Both the position numbers and the translations under genes were made by a program. DNA of 64,000 nt from Thermoflexus sp. GTDB lineage: Bacteria; Chloroflexota; Anaerolineae; Aggregatilineales; Aggregatilineaceae. Within the stretch, counting starts at the first letter, position 1. Every line of letters starts with the position of its first letter. The stretch spans positions 67,603 through 131,602 of the forward strand of contig DYGX01000006.1 of the NCBI GenBank assembly GCA_020724465.1. Reading direction: 5' to 3'. This document shows positions 36,324 to 46,664 of the stretch, piece after piece. The notes beneath the pieces are model-generated. The model did not search any database. It was not told the DNA's origin and was given only the letters and a program-made list of their open reading frames with translations.

Positions 36324-37523
36324 CTAGAGCGCGAAGCCCTCAATGCGGTAGGGCGCCACCTTGACGCCCGGCAACTGCTCGCGCAGCCGCGTCTGGAGCG
36401 TGCGAAGCTGCGCGGCGATCTCTTCGTCGCTCAGCGGGCGGATACCGGCGGCGGCTGCCTGCTCCGGGTATTCCGTGCCCGGCGCGGGGACGTAGCTCGA
36501 CAGATACACCAGGTCGCCCGGACCCAGATCCATCGCGCGGATCGCCTCAAGCGTGCGCGCGACGTGCGTGTCGGCGTAGCGATCGCCGCCGATGCCCGCC
36601 ATGACGATGACCCCCGCCGAGATCCCGCCGGCGCGCAGAGCGCGCACCGCGTCGATCGCGTCCTGGGCGCTGCCGGGCTTGTTGAGGAAGCGCAGCAGGT
36701 CGTCGTCGCCCGTTTCCAGGCCGATGTATGCCCGCTCGACGCCCAGCGCGTGCAGCTCCGCCCACTCGGCGGGCGATTTGCGCTCGACGTCGAAGGCGCT
36801 GACGAACGAGTAGATCGGGCGCGGCCTATCGGGCAGGCGGAAATAGTCCTGTGCGATCTCAAGCAGCGTCACCAGGCGTTTCTGCGGCGTCACCAGCGCG
36901 TTGGCGTCCGCCAGGAAGATGCCGCGCCGCAGGCTGATCCCGGCGCCGAAGAAATCGCGCACGGCCTCGCAGTGCGCGCGGAAGGACTCGGGGGAGTGGA
37001 TGCGGAAGGCGCGGTCGCGGTACAGCCCGCAGAACGTGCAGCGGTTCCACGAGCACCCCTCGGTCGCTTGCAGCACCAGCGCCAGGTACTGGTCGGGCGG
37101 CAGGATGCTGACCGGCTTGTACAGCGCGCGAAACGTCGCGCCGTCCTGCGCCAGCCGCTCCGGGCCAAAGCTCAGGATCCGCGCCAGCGCGTCCGCCAGC
37201 AATCGGCGATCGTCCGGCGGCAGGTCGAGCGCGGGCAGGACGGCGTTCAGGGCGCGCAGGTCCGCGAACACGCCTGCGATTAGCGCGTTGGCTTCATCGG
37301 GCGGCAGCTCCCGGCGGCGGGCGGCCTGCTCGCCGCTGCGCTCCAGCACGCGATGATCGAGCGTGCGTTGATAGCTACGCCCGCCGCTGAAGATCGCCAG
37401 CAGGCGCCCGGCCTGGTCAAAGCTGTAGCTGGTCCCGTAGCGCGGCGAGATGACGATCGCCGCCCCGGCCACGCTGGCCGTGATCGTCTCTCCGGTGTGC
37501 GGGTGGCTGGCAAGAATCGGCAT
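36324..37523 (-). CDS. Radical SAM protein
   Basis: CSWNRCTFC (CxxxCxxC), FLADANAL and YIGLETG motifs. Confidence 0.9.
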   Translation of the reverse strand: MPILASHPHTGETITASVAGAAIVISPRYGTSYSFDQAGRLLAIFSGGRSYQRTLDHRVLERSGEQAARRRELPPDEANALIAGVFADLRALNAVLPALDLPPDDRRLLADALARILSFGPERLAQDGATFRALYKPVSILPPDQYLALVLQATEGCSWNRCTFCGLYRDRAFRIHSPESFRAHCEAVRDFFGAGISLRRGIFLADANALVTPQKRLVTLLEIAQDYFRLPDRPRPIYSFVSAFDVERKSPAEWAELHALGVERAYIGLETGDDDLLRFLNKPGSAQDAIDAVRALRAGGISAGVIVMAGIGGDRYADTHVARTLEAIRAMDLGPGDLVYLSSYVPAPGTEYPEQAAAAGIRPLSDEEIAAQLRTLQTRLREQLPGVKVAPYRIEGFAL

Positions 37524-37657
37524 ACGCGCTCCCAAGCGGCCCCGCCGGGCGAGGTGCCCGGCAGCGTCGATTATAACCAGACTGGCCGGGCGGCGGAGAA
37601 TAGGAGTATCATCAAGATACGAATATGGATGCATCTGCTGCCCTGAGGACAGCACCT

Positions 37658-38215
37658 ATGGCTGAGTTCAACCCGAATGAAGCGGTCGCGGTCGTAGACT
37701 ACGACCCGGCCTGGCCGGATCTTTTTGAGCGCGAGGCAGCCGCCGTGTGCGATGCGCTGGGCGACGCGCTGATAGAGCTGGAGCACATCGGCAGCACATC
37801 GGTGCCCGGCCTGCCCGCGAAGCCGACGATCGATCTGCTCGCCGCCGTCGAAGCCTTCGCGCCGCTGGAAACCTACGCCGCGCAGCTTGCGCCCCTGGGC
37901 TACCGCTACCAGCCGCATGAGAACGCCGGCGAGCGCCTGTTCTTCTGGAAGGGAACGCCGCGCACCTATCACCTGCACATTGTCGAATACGCCACCTGGG
38001 AGCACCAGCGGCACATCCTGTTTCGCGACTATCTGCGCGCGCACCCGCAGGTCGCCGCGCAGTATGCCGCGCTCAAGCGCGATCTGGCGGCGCGTTTCGA
38101 GCACAACCGCCCCGCCTACACCGAGGGCAAATCTGCCTTCATTTTCGCCATTGTCGAGCGCGCGCTCAGCGAGACCGGCACGCCGCACGCCGCGCGCCAG
38201 CCCGACCAGCCCTGA
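37658..38215 (+). CDS. GrpB-family nucleotidyltransferase-fold protein
   Basis: YDPAWP, EHIGSTSVPGLPAKPTID, FRDYLR and YTEGK motifs. Confidence 0.92.
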   Translation: MAEFNPNEAVAVVDYDPAWPDLFEREAAAVCDALGDALIELEHIGSTSVPGLPAKPTIDLLAAVEAFAPLETYAAQLAPLGYRYQPHENAGERLFFWKGTPRTYHLHIVEYATWEHQRHILFRDYLRAHPQVAAQYAALKRDLAARFEHNRPAYTEGKSAFIFAIVERALSETGTPHAARQPDQP

Positions 38216-38234
38216 CACTACGCCGGATCCGCCG

Positions 38235-39749
38235 ATGCCCCTGTCTCTGCCCCGCTGCTCGCGCTGCGACGCGCGCCTGATTCCCGACCTTGCCGGCGAC
38301 GGGCTGTGGTGCCAGTTCTGCGGCGCGGCGCGGGACGATCCCGAGGCGCGGCAACTGGCCGCCAGCGCTCAAAGCGCCGGGCGCGATCACGACTACATCC
38401 CGCCCGCCCGCGCGCTCGACATGCCGCCGGAGCAGCACCGCCTGCTCGACAGCGCGTGGGCATGCATCCAGGAAGGCGATCTCGTCAGCGCGCGTTTCTT
38501 GCTCCACGACACGCTGCGGCGGTTCACCGACGAAGCGGACGCCTGGTATCTACTCTCGCTGACCACCGGCGACCCCGGCGAGCAGCGCCTTTACCTGGAG
38601 CGGGCGCTGGCCGCCCAACCCTATCATGCCTATGCCTGGCGCGCCAGAGGTGTGCTGGATGGGGTGATCCCCGCCGGAGACGCGCCCGACATGCCCGACC
38701 CGGACGGCCCGGTCGAGGCTGAGTCGGTCATCGAGGCGTGCCCGGTGTGCGGCGGCGCGCTCCGCTTCGACCCGGCGCTGGACGGGCTGGCGTGCCATCA
38801 CTGCGGCCACCGCCCCGGCGACGCGCCCGGCGGGAGCGGGCCGGGGCCATACACGCGGCTGGACCACGCGCTGCTCCGGCGGCGTTTCGGTTTCACACGC
38901 GCCTGGCAGATCGGGGCACGCGTGCTGGTCTGCCAGAACTGCGCGGCGCAGATTACGCTGGGCGCGGCGCAACTTTCGACCGTCTGCCCGTTCTGCGATA
39001 GCGCGCATATCCTGGTGCAGGATGCAGTCGGCTCGTTCGACCAGCCGGACGCGCTGCTGCCCTTCCGGCTGGACCGCGCCGCCGCCGCCCGCGCCGTCCA
39101 CGCCGCGCTGGACCCCGTTCGGCGCGCCCGCGTCGAGCGGGGCGACGTGCAGGGCGTCTACCTGCCGTTCTGGATGTTCGAGGGGCTGGCGTCGGTGCTG
39201 CTGCCCGCCGCGCTGGCATCGTGCACGCCGGTGCGCGGCGGCGTCTTCGCCGTAGGCGCGATGCTGGTCAGCGGGGCGCGCTCGCCCGGCCAGGACGTGC
39301 TCGAAGCCCTGTTGCCCTATGATCTGGACGCGCTGATCGGCTACGACGCGCGCTATCTGGCCCTGTGGCCCGCGCGGCTCTACGAGGACGACGTCGTCCA
39401 GGCGTCGCTGGCCGCCCGCGCCTACCTCAAGCACGCGGCACGGGTCGCGGCGCTGGGCCGCAGTCTGCCCCCCGTCGCCCTGGCGCGCAGCGATCACGCT
39501 GCCTATCACGCGCCGGACGGCCCGCTGTGGGAGCAGACGCGCGTCGAGATCGAGGGGCTGAGCTACCGGCTGATCCTGCTGCCGGTGTGGTTCGCCGCGC
39601 TGCACCTGAGCGGCGGCGGGCACCTGCCGGCCTATGTCAACGGGCAGACCGGCCAGGCCGTGATCGCGGCGCGGGTGGATCCCGGCGCCAGACCGCGCCC
39701 GCTATCCCGCGTGATTCGCCCTCTGGCGCCGCTGCCGTCTCGACCGTGA
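38235..39749 (+). CDS. Multi-zinc-ribbon protein with a TPR-like segment
   Basis: Six CxxC pairs (CSRC/CQFC, CPVC/CHHC, CQNC/CPFC); ADAWYLLS..LERALA; YLPFW and VNGQTG. Confidence 0.7.
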   Translation: MPLSLPRCSRCDARLIPDLAGDGLWCQFCGAARDDPEARQLAASAQSAGRDHDYIPPARALDMPPEQHRLLDSAWACIQEGDLVSARFLLHDTLRRFTDEADAWYLLSLTTGDPGEQRLYLERALAAQPYHAYAWRARGVLDGVIPAGDAPDMPDPDGPVEAESVIEACPVCGGALRFDPALDGLACHHCGHRPGDAPGGSGPGPYTRLDHALLRRRFGFTRAWQIGARVLVCQNCAAQITLGAAQLSTVCPFCDSAHILVQDAVGSFDQPDALLPFRLDRAAAARAVHAALDPVRRARVERGDVQGVYLPFWMFEGLASVLLPAALASCTPVRGGVFAVGAMLVSGARSPGQDVLEALLPYDLDALIGYDARYLALWPARLYEDDVVQASLAARAYLKHAARVAALGRSLPPVALARSDHAAYHAPDGPLWEQTRVEIEGLSYRLILLPVWFAALHLSGGGHLPAYVNGQTGQAVIAARVDPGARPRPLSRVIRPLAPLPSRP

Positions 39750-39759
39750 GGACCGAAGC

Positions 39760-40596
39760 ATGAGCGACTTTCCGCCGATCATCGTCGTTTCCGGCGGGCG
39801 CGGAGCCAGCGGCGAGCAGCTTGTGCGCACCGCGCTGGCGCAGTTCAGCAACGGCGACGCCGTGCCGGTGGAGATCATGGGCGGCGTGAAGACGGAAGCC
39901 CAGCTCCGCGAGGCGGTGACGCGGGCCGAGCAGACCGGCGGTACGCTTGTGCACACGCTGGTCGATGCCGAGCTGCGCGAGCGCATGATCGTCCTGGCGC
40001 GCGCGCACAACGTCTCCGCCATCGACCTGATCGGCGCGCTGATGCTGCGCCTGACGCACGTCCTTGGCAGCGAGCCGATCGGCCAGCCGGGGCTATACCG
40101 CCAGATCCGCGAGGCGTATTTCCGGCGCATCGAGGCCATCGAGTTCACCGTCGATCACGACGACGGGCGCAAGCCGCACGAGCTTGGCCTGGCCGAGATC
40201 GTGCTGGTCGGCGTGTCGCGCGTGGGCAAGACGCCGCTGAGCATCTACCTTGGCACGCGCGGCTGGAAGGTCGCCAACGTGCCGCTCGTGCGCGGGATCG
40301 ACCCGCCGCCGGAGCTGTTCCAGATCGATCCGCGCCGCGTCGTCGGGCTGACCATCGACCCAGAAAACCTGCGGGCCTATCGCAGCCGCCGCCAGCGCAA
40401 GCTCGGTGTAGACAGCTACACCTCGTACACCGACCCGCGCGCGCTGTACGAAGAAGTACAGTACGCTGAGGAGATCTGCCAGCGCGCCGGCTTCCCGCTG
40501 GTCGATATCACCGAACGCTCGATTGAAGAGAACGCCGACGAGGTGATCGCGCACGTCACCCGGCGCCTGGCCGAGCCGCCCCCGGACGCCCGCTAA
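39760..40596 (+). CDS. ppsR: PEP synthase/PPDK regulatory kinase-pyrophosphorylase (DUF299)
   Basis: YFRRIEAIEFTVDHDDG, VGVSRVGKTPLSIYL, KVANVP and SIEE motifs. Confidence 0.92.
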   Translation: MSDFPPIIVVSGGRGASGEQLVRTALAQFSNGDAVPVEIMGGVKTEAQLREAVTRAEQTGGTLVHTLVDAELRERMIVLARAHNVSAIDLIGALMLRLTHVLGSEPIGQPGLYRQIREAYFRRIEAIEFTVDHDDGRKPHELGLAEIVLVGVSRVGKTPLSIYLGTRGWKVANVPLVRGIDPPPELFQIDPRRVVGLTIDPENLRAYRSRRQRKLGVDSYTSYTDPRALYEEVQYAEEICQRAGFPLVDITERSIEENADEVIAHVTRRLAEPPPDAR

Positions 40597-40612
40597 GCCA
40601 GCAGACTTTGAG

Positions 40613-40641
40613 TTGCGCAACCCCCTTGCAAACACTACAAT
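40613..40641 (+). promoter_or_regulatory. Putative sigma70 promoter giving a near-leaderless transcript
   Basis: TTGCGC-17bp-TACAAT, with the ATG 8 nt downstream at 40650 and no SD sequence. Confidence 0.6.
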
Positions 40642-40649
40642 CCCGGCGT

Positions 40650-43600
40650 ATGACACACCGATCATCCGCTTCGCTTCCGGACTTTACGCCCGCGCTGGAA
40701 GGGTTCCGCGCCGACGAGTTCCGCGTGCTCACCGAGACGCTGCTGGCCATCCCCGCAGAGCACGATCGAACCCGCCTGCACCAGGCCCCCTTCCGGCTGG
40801 ACGCCCCCGAACCGGAGCCAGAGCGCCCGCTGCCCCCGCTGCCGCCGCGCTGGTATCCGCGCCCGGCGCGCGAGGTGATCGAGGCGGCCCGCGCCAGCCT
40901 CGCCCCCCGCCGCGCCCGCCTGTGTTCGAGGGCCGCGCCGCCGAGATGGAGCGGCTGCTGCGCCCGCTGCTGTCGGGGCACCCCATGCAGATCCGGGGCG
41001 AGCGCGGCATCGGCAAGACCACGTTCCTGGCGGCGGTCGCCGCCCACGAGCGCACGCGCCAGCGGTTCCGCCGCATCTGGTGGATCGACCGGCCCGAACG
41101 GCTGGAGCAGACACTCGCGCTGACGCTCAACCTGCCGCACCTGCTAAGCGAACCGGATCCCGCCGGGCGCCACGCGCTGCTGTCCGGCCAGCTTGACGAC
41201 CACACGCTGCTGATTGTCGACAACCTGCTGCCCGGCGATCCACTCATCGACGCGCTGCCGCGCGTGACCGAACACGTGCTGCTGGCCGTGGAGACCGAAC
41301 CGGAGCTCGCGCCGCCCGGCGAGCCGCCCGGCGAAGACCCGGCCGGGATCGTCACGCTGCGCGCGCTGGCCGAGTCCCCGGCAATCGACGCGCTGGCGCA
41401 GCACGCCGAGATCCACGACACACGCCGCATCCGGGGCGAGCTGGCGCGCATCGCCGACGCGCTGGAACACCACCCCTTCGCGTTGATGGTGGCCGGGCGG
41501 ATGGTCAGCCGCGACGGGCTGAGCCTCTCCGAGCTGGAAGAGCTGCTCGGCGCCATGCCCGCGCTGGCGCTGACCGATGCGGACGCCCCCGCCGATGAGG
41601 CGCTGGCCGCTCACCATGCCCGCATCACGCGCCCGCTGAAAGTCTCTGCCGAGGCGCTGCCGGATGACTACGCCGCGCTGCTGGCCGCCTACAGCCTGTT
41701 CCCGCCGTCCGGCGCGCCGTTCGCGGCACTCCACGCTGCCGCTGGCCTGCTGTCGCCGCTGACCACCCGGCGCGGCCTGCTCATGCTGGCGCAGTACGGC
41801 TTTATCCAGGTTGATCACCGCGATCCGCAGCATACCGTCCTGTACCCGCTGGCGCTGGACTGCGCGCAATCCCTCGCCCCACGAGAATTCTACGAGACGG
41901 CGCGCGAGCGGCTCGTGGAATGGGCGCAGCAGTTCGCGGCGGAGCACGCCGCCCGGCCCACGGCGCTGTACCGCGCCGAGCCGGCGCTGCTTCACGCGCT
42001 CGATCTCGTCCGCGTGCAGGGCCGCGCCCAAAGCGCGCGCCTGATGGCGAGCCTGCGGCCCTACCTGCGCGAGTACGCGCCCGGCTGCCTGCCCGACGAC
42101 GCCACGCACCGCCAGCCGGAACTGACCGGCGAGCGCGCCGAGGGCGCCCGCCTGACCGCTGACGGGCTGGCCCTGACCGATGCGGGCGATTGGGGCGCAG
42201 CCGAGGAAGCGTTGCAGAACGCGCTGGCGCTGCGGCGCGAGCACGATAGCCCGCACGCCATCGCCGAGACGCTGGTCGCGCTGGCCCGGCTGCGCGACCT
42301 GACCGGCGACGCGCGCCAGGCCGCCGAGCATCTCATCGAAGCCGCCGAGATGGTCTTCAACCTGGGCGCGGAGCCGTCGTTGAGCGTCATCCGGCGCGGG
42401 CTGGCGCAGGTCTATCGCCACCTGGGGCGCTACCACGACGCGCTGGCCGTGCTGGATGATGCCCCCGCCGCGCACCTGGAACGGGCCGCGATCTTTCGCG
42501 CGCAGGGACATTATGACGAGGCCGTGCGTGAGATTTCCCAAACGCCCGACGCCTCGCCCGAAGCGCGGGCGGAGCTTCTGCTGCTGGCGCGGCGCTACGA
42601 CCAGGCGCTGGATGCGGTCGCCGGGCGCGAGGATCCCGCTTCGGCGCTCATGCGCGCCCAGGCCCACCACCTGCAAGGCAATGCCGAACTGGCCATCGAG
42701 AATTACCGGCTCGCGCTCGAACGCGCTCCGGCTGACGCGCCAACCCGCGCCCGGACGCTGCGCGGGCTGGGTGCGGCGCTGGCTCTGGCCGGGCGCTACG
42801 CCGACGCGCTTGCCGCGCTCGACGAGGCGCTCGCCATCGAACGCGATCATCCCTCGCCGGACGGCACGCGACAGGGCCGCACGCTGAGTCTGCTGGCGGC
42901 GGTCCGGCTGGCCGCGGGCGAGCCACAGGCAGCAGCCGAGACGGCCCGCCGGGCGCTCGAACTGTTGCAGCGCGCCACCGCCCCCGCCGAAACCGCCGAC
43001 GCGTTCCGCACGCTGGGCAACGCGCTGTGGGAGCTGGGCGACTACGCCGGGGCGCTCGAAGCGTTTGAGGGCGAAGTCGAGCACGCACAGGCGCTGGCCG
43101 TCCGCGACGAGCCACGCATCGGCCTGGCGCTGCACCGTGTCGCGGATGCCTATCTGCGGACCGGCAGCCCCGACCGCGCGGTTGCCAATTATCGCCGCGC
43201 TCTGACACACTTGAACCCCACAGCGGACCCGGAAGCGACCTTCATCACGCAGCTGGCGCTGCACGCGGCGCTCATCGCCGCCGAGCGCTTGCCCGCGGCG
43301 CACGATGTCGCCCAGGAGATGGTCGATCACATCGCGCGCCAGCCCCATTTCTCGCTGCGGGCCTATGGCTACGCCCAGGCGCTGCGCGCCCGCACCCAGA
43401 TCGCCATGGAACGCCCGATCCGCGCCCGGCAGTCGATGGCCGAATGGGAGCAGGTGCTGGCCGCCCGTGCCAACGAAGCTGCCGCCGATCCGGACCCCGC
43501 CCTGCAAACGCTGGTGCTGGGCCTGGCGGCGCGCAGCCTGCTGGCGGATGAGCGCCCGTCGCTGGCGCTGGAGATCGCGCAGCGGGAAGTCGAGGTCACC

Positions 43601-45592
43601 CGGCAGCACTACGCGGGCGATCTGCCCGCCTGGGCCGCGATCCGCGACCTGGGCGAAGCCCACGCCGCGCTGGAGCAATATGAAGAAGCGATCCTCACGC
43701 TGGAGCCGCTGCTCGCGCCGGAGCTTCAGACCTTCCCCGCCACGCACGCGCTGGCCTGGCGCGTGACCGGCGAGGCGTACCGGGCCATCGGCGAGCCGGC
43801 GAGCGCGCTGCGTCACCTGGAAGCGGCTCTGGTCCACGAGCCGGACACGCACCTGCGCGGCCTGATCCACGAGACGATCGCCGCGATCGAACTGGAGCAG
43901 AACCGCCCCGCAGACGCGGTCGTCAGCCTGCGCGCCAGCCTGACGCTGCTCGACCGCGAGGCCCATCCGGACGCGGCGGCTCGTGTCCTGGCGACGCTGG
44001 CGCGCACCCTGGGCGGGCTGAATCGCTACGCCGAGGCCATCGCCGAATACGAGCAAGCCCTCGTCATGCTGCGCGAGGTCGAGAACATCAGCCCGGCCCA
44101 CACCGCCGAGGTGCTGCGCGCCCTGGGCCAGACGCACGAGGCGCAGGGCCAGCTCGCCGAAGCCGCCCGCGCCTACCGCCGCGCGCTGAACATCCTGGAG
44201 CGAGCCGACGCCCCGCGTCTGGGGCGCGACATCCTGCACCAGCTCGCGCGCGTCACGGCGGCGCTGGGTGATGGCAGCGCCGTCCAGCTCTACGAGCAAA
44301 CCCGTGACGAGACGGCGCAGTGGGGCGACCCGCGCGAGCTGGGGATCGTGCTGTGCGAGCTGGCAGACGTGCACCGCGACGCGGGCCGGCTGCCCCTGGC
44401 CTTGCAGAATTACCAGGCGGCCCTCGACCAGCAGCCGCCCGAAGCCTACCCGCGCGAGCGCGTCAACACCCTGCGCAACCTGGGCCGCGCCTATCGCCTG
44501 ATGGAACGCTACGACGAGGCGCGCAAAACCTGGGCCGAGGCGCTGGAGCTGTCGCGCCGGCTGCCGGATCACTCGCCGCTGGAAATGGCGCTCACCTATC
44601 ACGCCATCGCCGAGGCGCACCGCAGCCAGGGCCAGTGGGAGCAGGCGGAAAAGACGTATCGCGAGGCGCTGCAATATCACGATCCGCGCAGCGTCGAGGC
44701 GGCGGCAACCTGGCGCGCCCTGGGCCAGACACTGCACGACAGCGGGCGTCCTGCTGACGCAGTCGAGCCGCTGCGCCAGGCGCTGGAGATCGAGAAGGCG
44801 CAGCCACAACAGGCCAACGCCCGGCTGGTCCAGACGCTTCAGGCGCTGGCCGAAGCGCACAAAGCCGCCGGCGATCTACGCTCGGCCCTGGCACGCCATC
44901 ACGAGGCGCTGGTCTACATGGACCGCGCGCTCCAGCCGGTCGCCTACGCCGATACGCTGCGGGTGTTGGGGTACCTGTACTGCGACAACGGCCAGTATCG
45001 CCAGGCGCACACCGCCTTTGACGAGGCGCTGGCGATCGAGAACATGCTCACGCCGCGCAGCGACGAGCGCATCAGCATGACGCTTCAGGCCATCGCGGAC
45101 ACCTATCGCGCCGAAAACGACCTGGAAAAAGCAGCGGAGTATTACCAGAAGGTGACTGCCTACGCCAACCTGGCGCGGCGCGCCTCGCAGAACTTGAAGG
45201 AAACGCTCGACGAGCTGGACCGCCGCCGGGCGACCTTACAGGCCGCACAGCAGTCTTTGGCCCTGCTGGACCGCAGCGACAACGCCGACATCAAAGATCT
45301 GACGTTCATCTACGCGCTGATCGCGCGTTCGCACGCCGCCCTCAAGCAGCCCGACAAAAGTGTCGAGGCGATCTACGAGCTGCTCGACGTGCTCGAAGCG
45401 CGCCAGCACCAGCTCAGCCGCGACGACCCGGAGCCGGATCACCGCGCCCTGGCCTGGCTGGCCGAAGCGTCCCGCGCCCAGGACGAAGAAGACCTGCCCT
45501 CGGCGCGGCTCGCCTGCCGCCACGCGCTCGAAGCGGTCCAGAATCCGAACCTGCGCTGGGTGATTGAGCAGGTTCAACTCTCGCTCGCCTAG
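40650..45592 (+). CDS. Large STAND (NB-ARC-like) NTPase with a long TPR array; apparent one-base frameshift at the C6 run 40903-40908
   Basis: Walker A GERGIGKTT, Walker B LLIVDNL, HPFAL and many TPR-like repeats. Coding bias is in the 40650 frame up to about 40905, then in the frame of the 40613 ORF. Confidence 0.8.
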
Positions 45593-45608
45593 AGGTTGTT
45601 ATGGCGTC

Positions 45609-45732
45609 TTCCCCTCGCCCCAAACCTCTCTCCCTCTGCGCCTGCGTCGCGGGGAGAGGGGCTTTGAGCCGCCGCGACGCGCTTCCCTGCTCCCCGCGTG
45701 CGAGGGAGCAGGGGCCCGGGGGTTGAGGGGCG
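45609..45732 (-). repeat. REP/REPIN-like composite element, copy 3 (inverted)
   Basis: The reverse complement aligns over both halves with copy 2 (CCCTCGCACGCGGGGAG...AAGCCCCTCTCCCCGCGAC...GCAGAGGGAGA.AGGTTTGGGG.GAG). Confidence 0.85.
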
Positions 45733-45767
45733 AATCACACGCGCTCTAGCCGCTCGCCATCTCACGG

Positions 45768-46547
45768 ATGGAGAAAGATACGATGGTCCTCACCGAAGAG
45801 CATCTGGCGCGGGTCTTCAAAGCGCTGTCGGACCCAAACCGGCTGCGCATTTTCGACCTGCTGACGTTCAATGACCGCTCGAACTCCGAGCTGATGGCCG
45901 AGCTGGGACTCAGCCAGAACCTGCTCTCACACCACCTCAGCGTGCTGGCCGACGCCGGACTGGTTACCGTTCACCAGAGCGTGGGCGACGCGCGGCGCCG
46001 CTATTACTCGGCCAATCTGGACGCGATGAGCGGCGTGCAGGGCTGGTTCCGCGATCATGCCCCGGCCAGCCGTCTGCCGTTGCCCGCCCTGGCGCGCCCG
46101 CGCCGCGTGCTGTTCCTCTGCCTGCACAACGCCGCCCGCTCGCTGATGGCCGAAGCCATCGCGCGGCACATCGCCCCGCAGGCGCTCGACGCGATCAGTG
46201 CCGGGTTGGAACCGGGCGGCGCGCCGCCGGAGCTGGCGTTCCAGGTGCTGGCCGAGCGCGGCGTTTCGACCCACGATCTGCAACAGCGCGCCTATGACGT
46301 TGTCGAAGGCACAACCTTCGACTACGTCATCGCGGTGTGCGATCACGTTCACGAACGCATCGACCGGCAGCGGCTGCAGGCGGGCGAATATCTGCACTGG
46401 TCGCTGGTCGATCCCGCCGATCTGACCGACGACCCCGCGGAACAGCTCGCCGAAACGCGCCGGCTCTACGACCGGTTGGTGGCGCGCATCGCCGTTTTTG
46501 TGCAGCGGCTGGCCGAGCAGGAAGCCGGCCACAGCCCCTCAGCGTAG
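45768..46547 (+). CDS. ArsR-family HTH fused to an LMW-PTP/ArsC-like domain
   Basis: FKALSDPNRLRI, SQNLLSHHL; VLFLCLHNAARSLMAEA, SAG, VCD and HWSLVDP. Confidence 0.88.
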   Translation: MEKDTMVLTEEHLARVFKALSDPNRLRIFDLLTFNDRSNSELMAELGLSQNLLSHHLSVLADAGLVTVHQSVGDARRRYYSANLDAMSGVQGWFRDHAPASRLPLPALARPRRVLFLCLHNAARSLMAEAIARHIAPQALDAISAGLEPGGAPPELAFQVLAERGVSTHDLQQRAYDVVEGTTFDYVIAVCDHVHERIDRQRLQAGEYLHWSLVDPADLTDDPAEQLAETRRLYDRLVARIAVFVQRLAEQEAGHSPSA

Positions 46548-46664
46548 GCCAACAGCCGCCCCACCGTTTACTAACACGTCACCGCATCTGGTAAAATGAG
46601 AGCAGGATTGGAACCGGCGACCTTCTGCCAGCCGTTTATTGTGAAGGATTTGGAGAGGATTGTT

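Noticed and set aside
40613..40900. N-terminus of the 1659-aa ORF as given in the track
   Set aside because: Poor codon bias and an Arg/Pro/Ala shadow-like translation; the 40650 frame is the coding one.
41144..44860. 1238-aa antisense ORF and similar long opposite-strand ORFs (e.g. 54184-56502, 18529-20364)
   Set aside because: These are shadow ORFs expected from high-GC codon bias opposite real genes; they show no motifs.
46590..46632. tRNA 3'-half-like sequence on the minus strand (GGTCGCCGGTTCCAATCCTGC...ACCA)
   Set aside because: The T-loop and stem are mismatched, and no D-arm, anticodon arm or acceptor pairing is present. It overlaps the L,D-transpeptidase promoter. At most a remnant; tRNAscan-SE would settle it.
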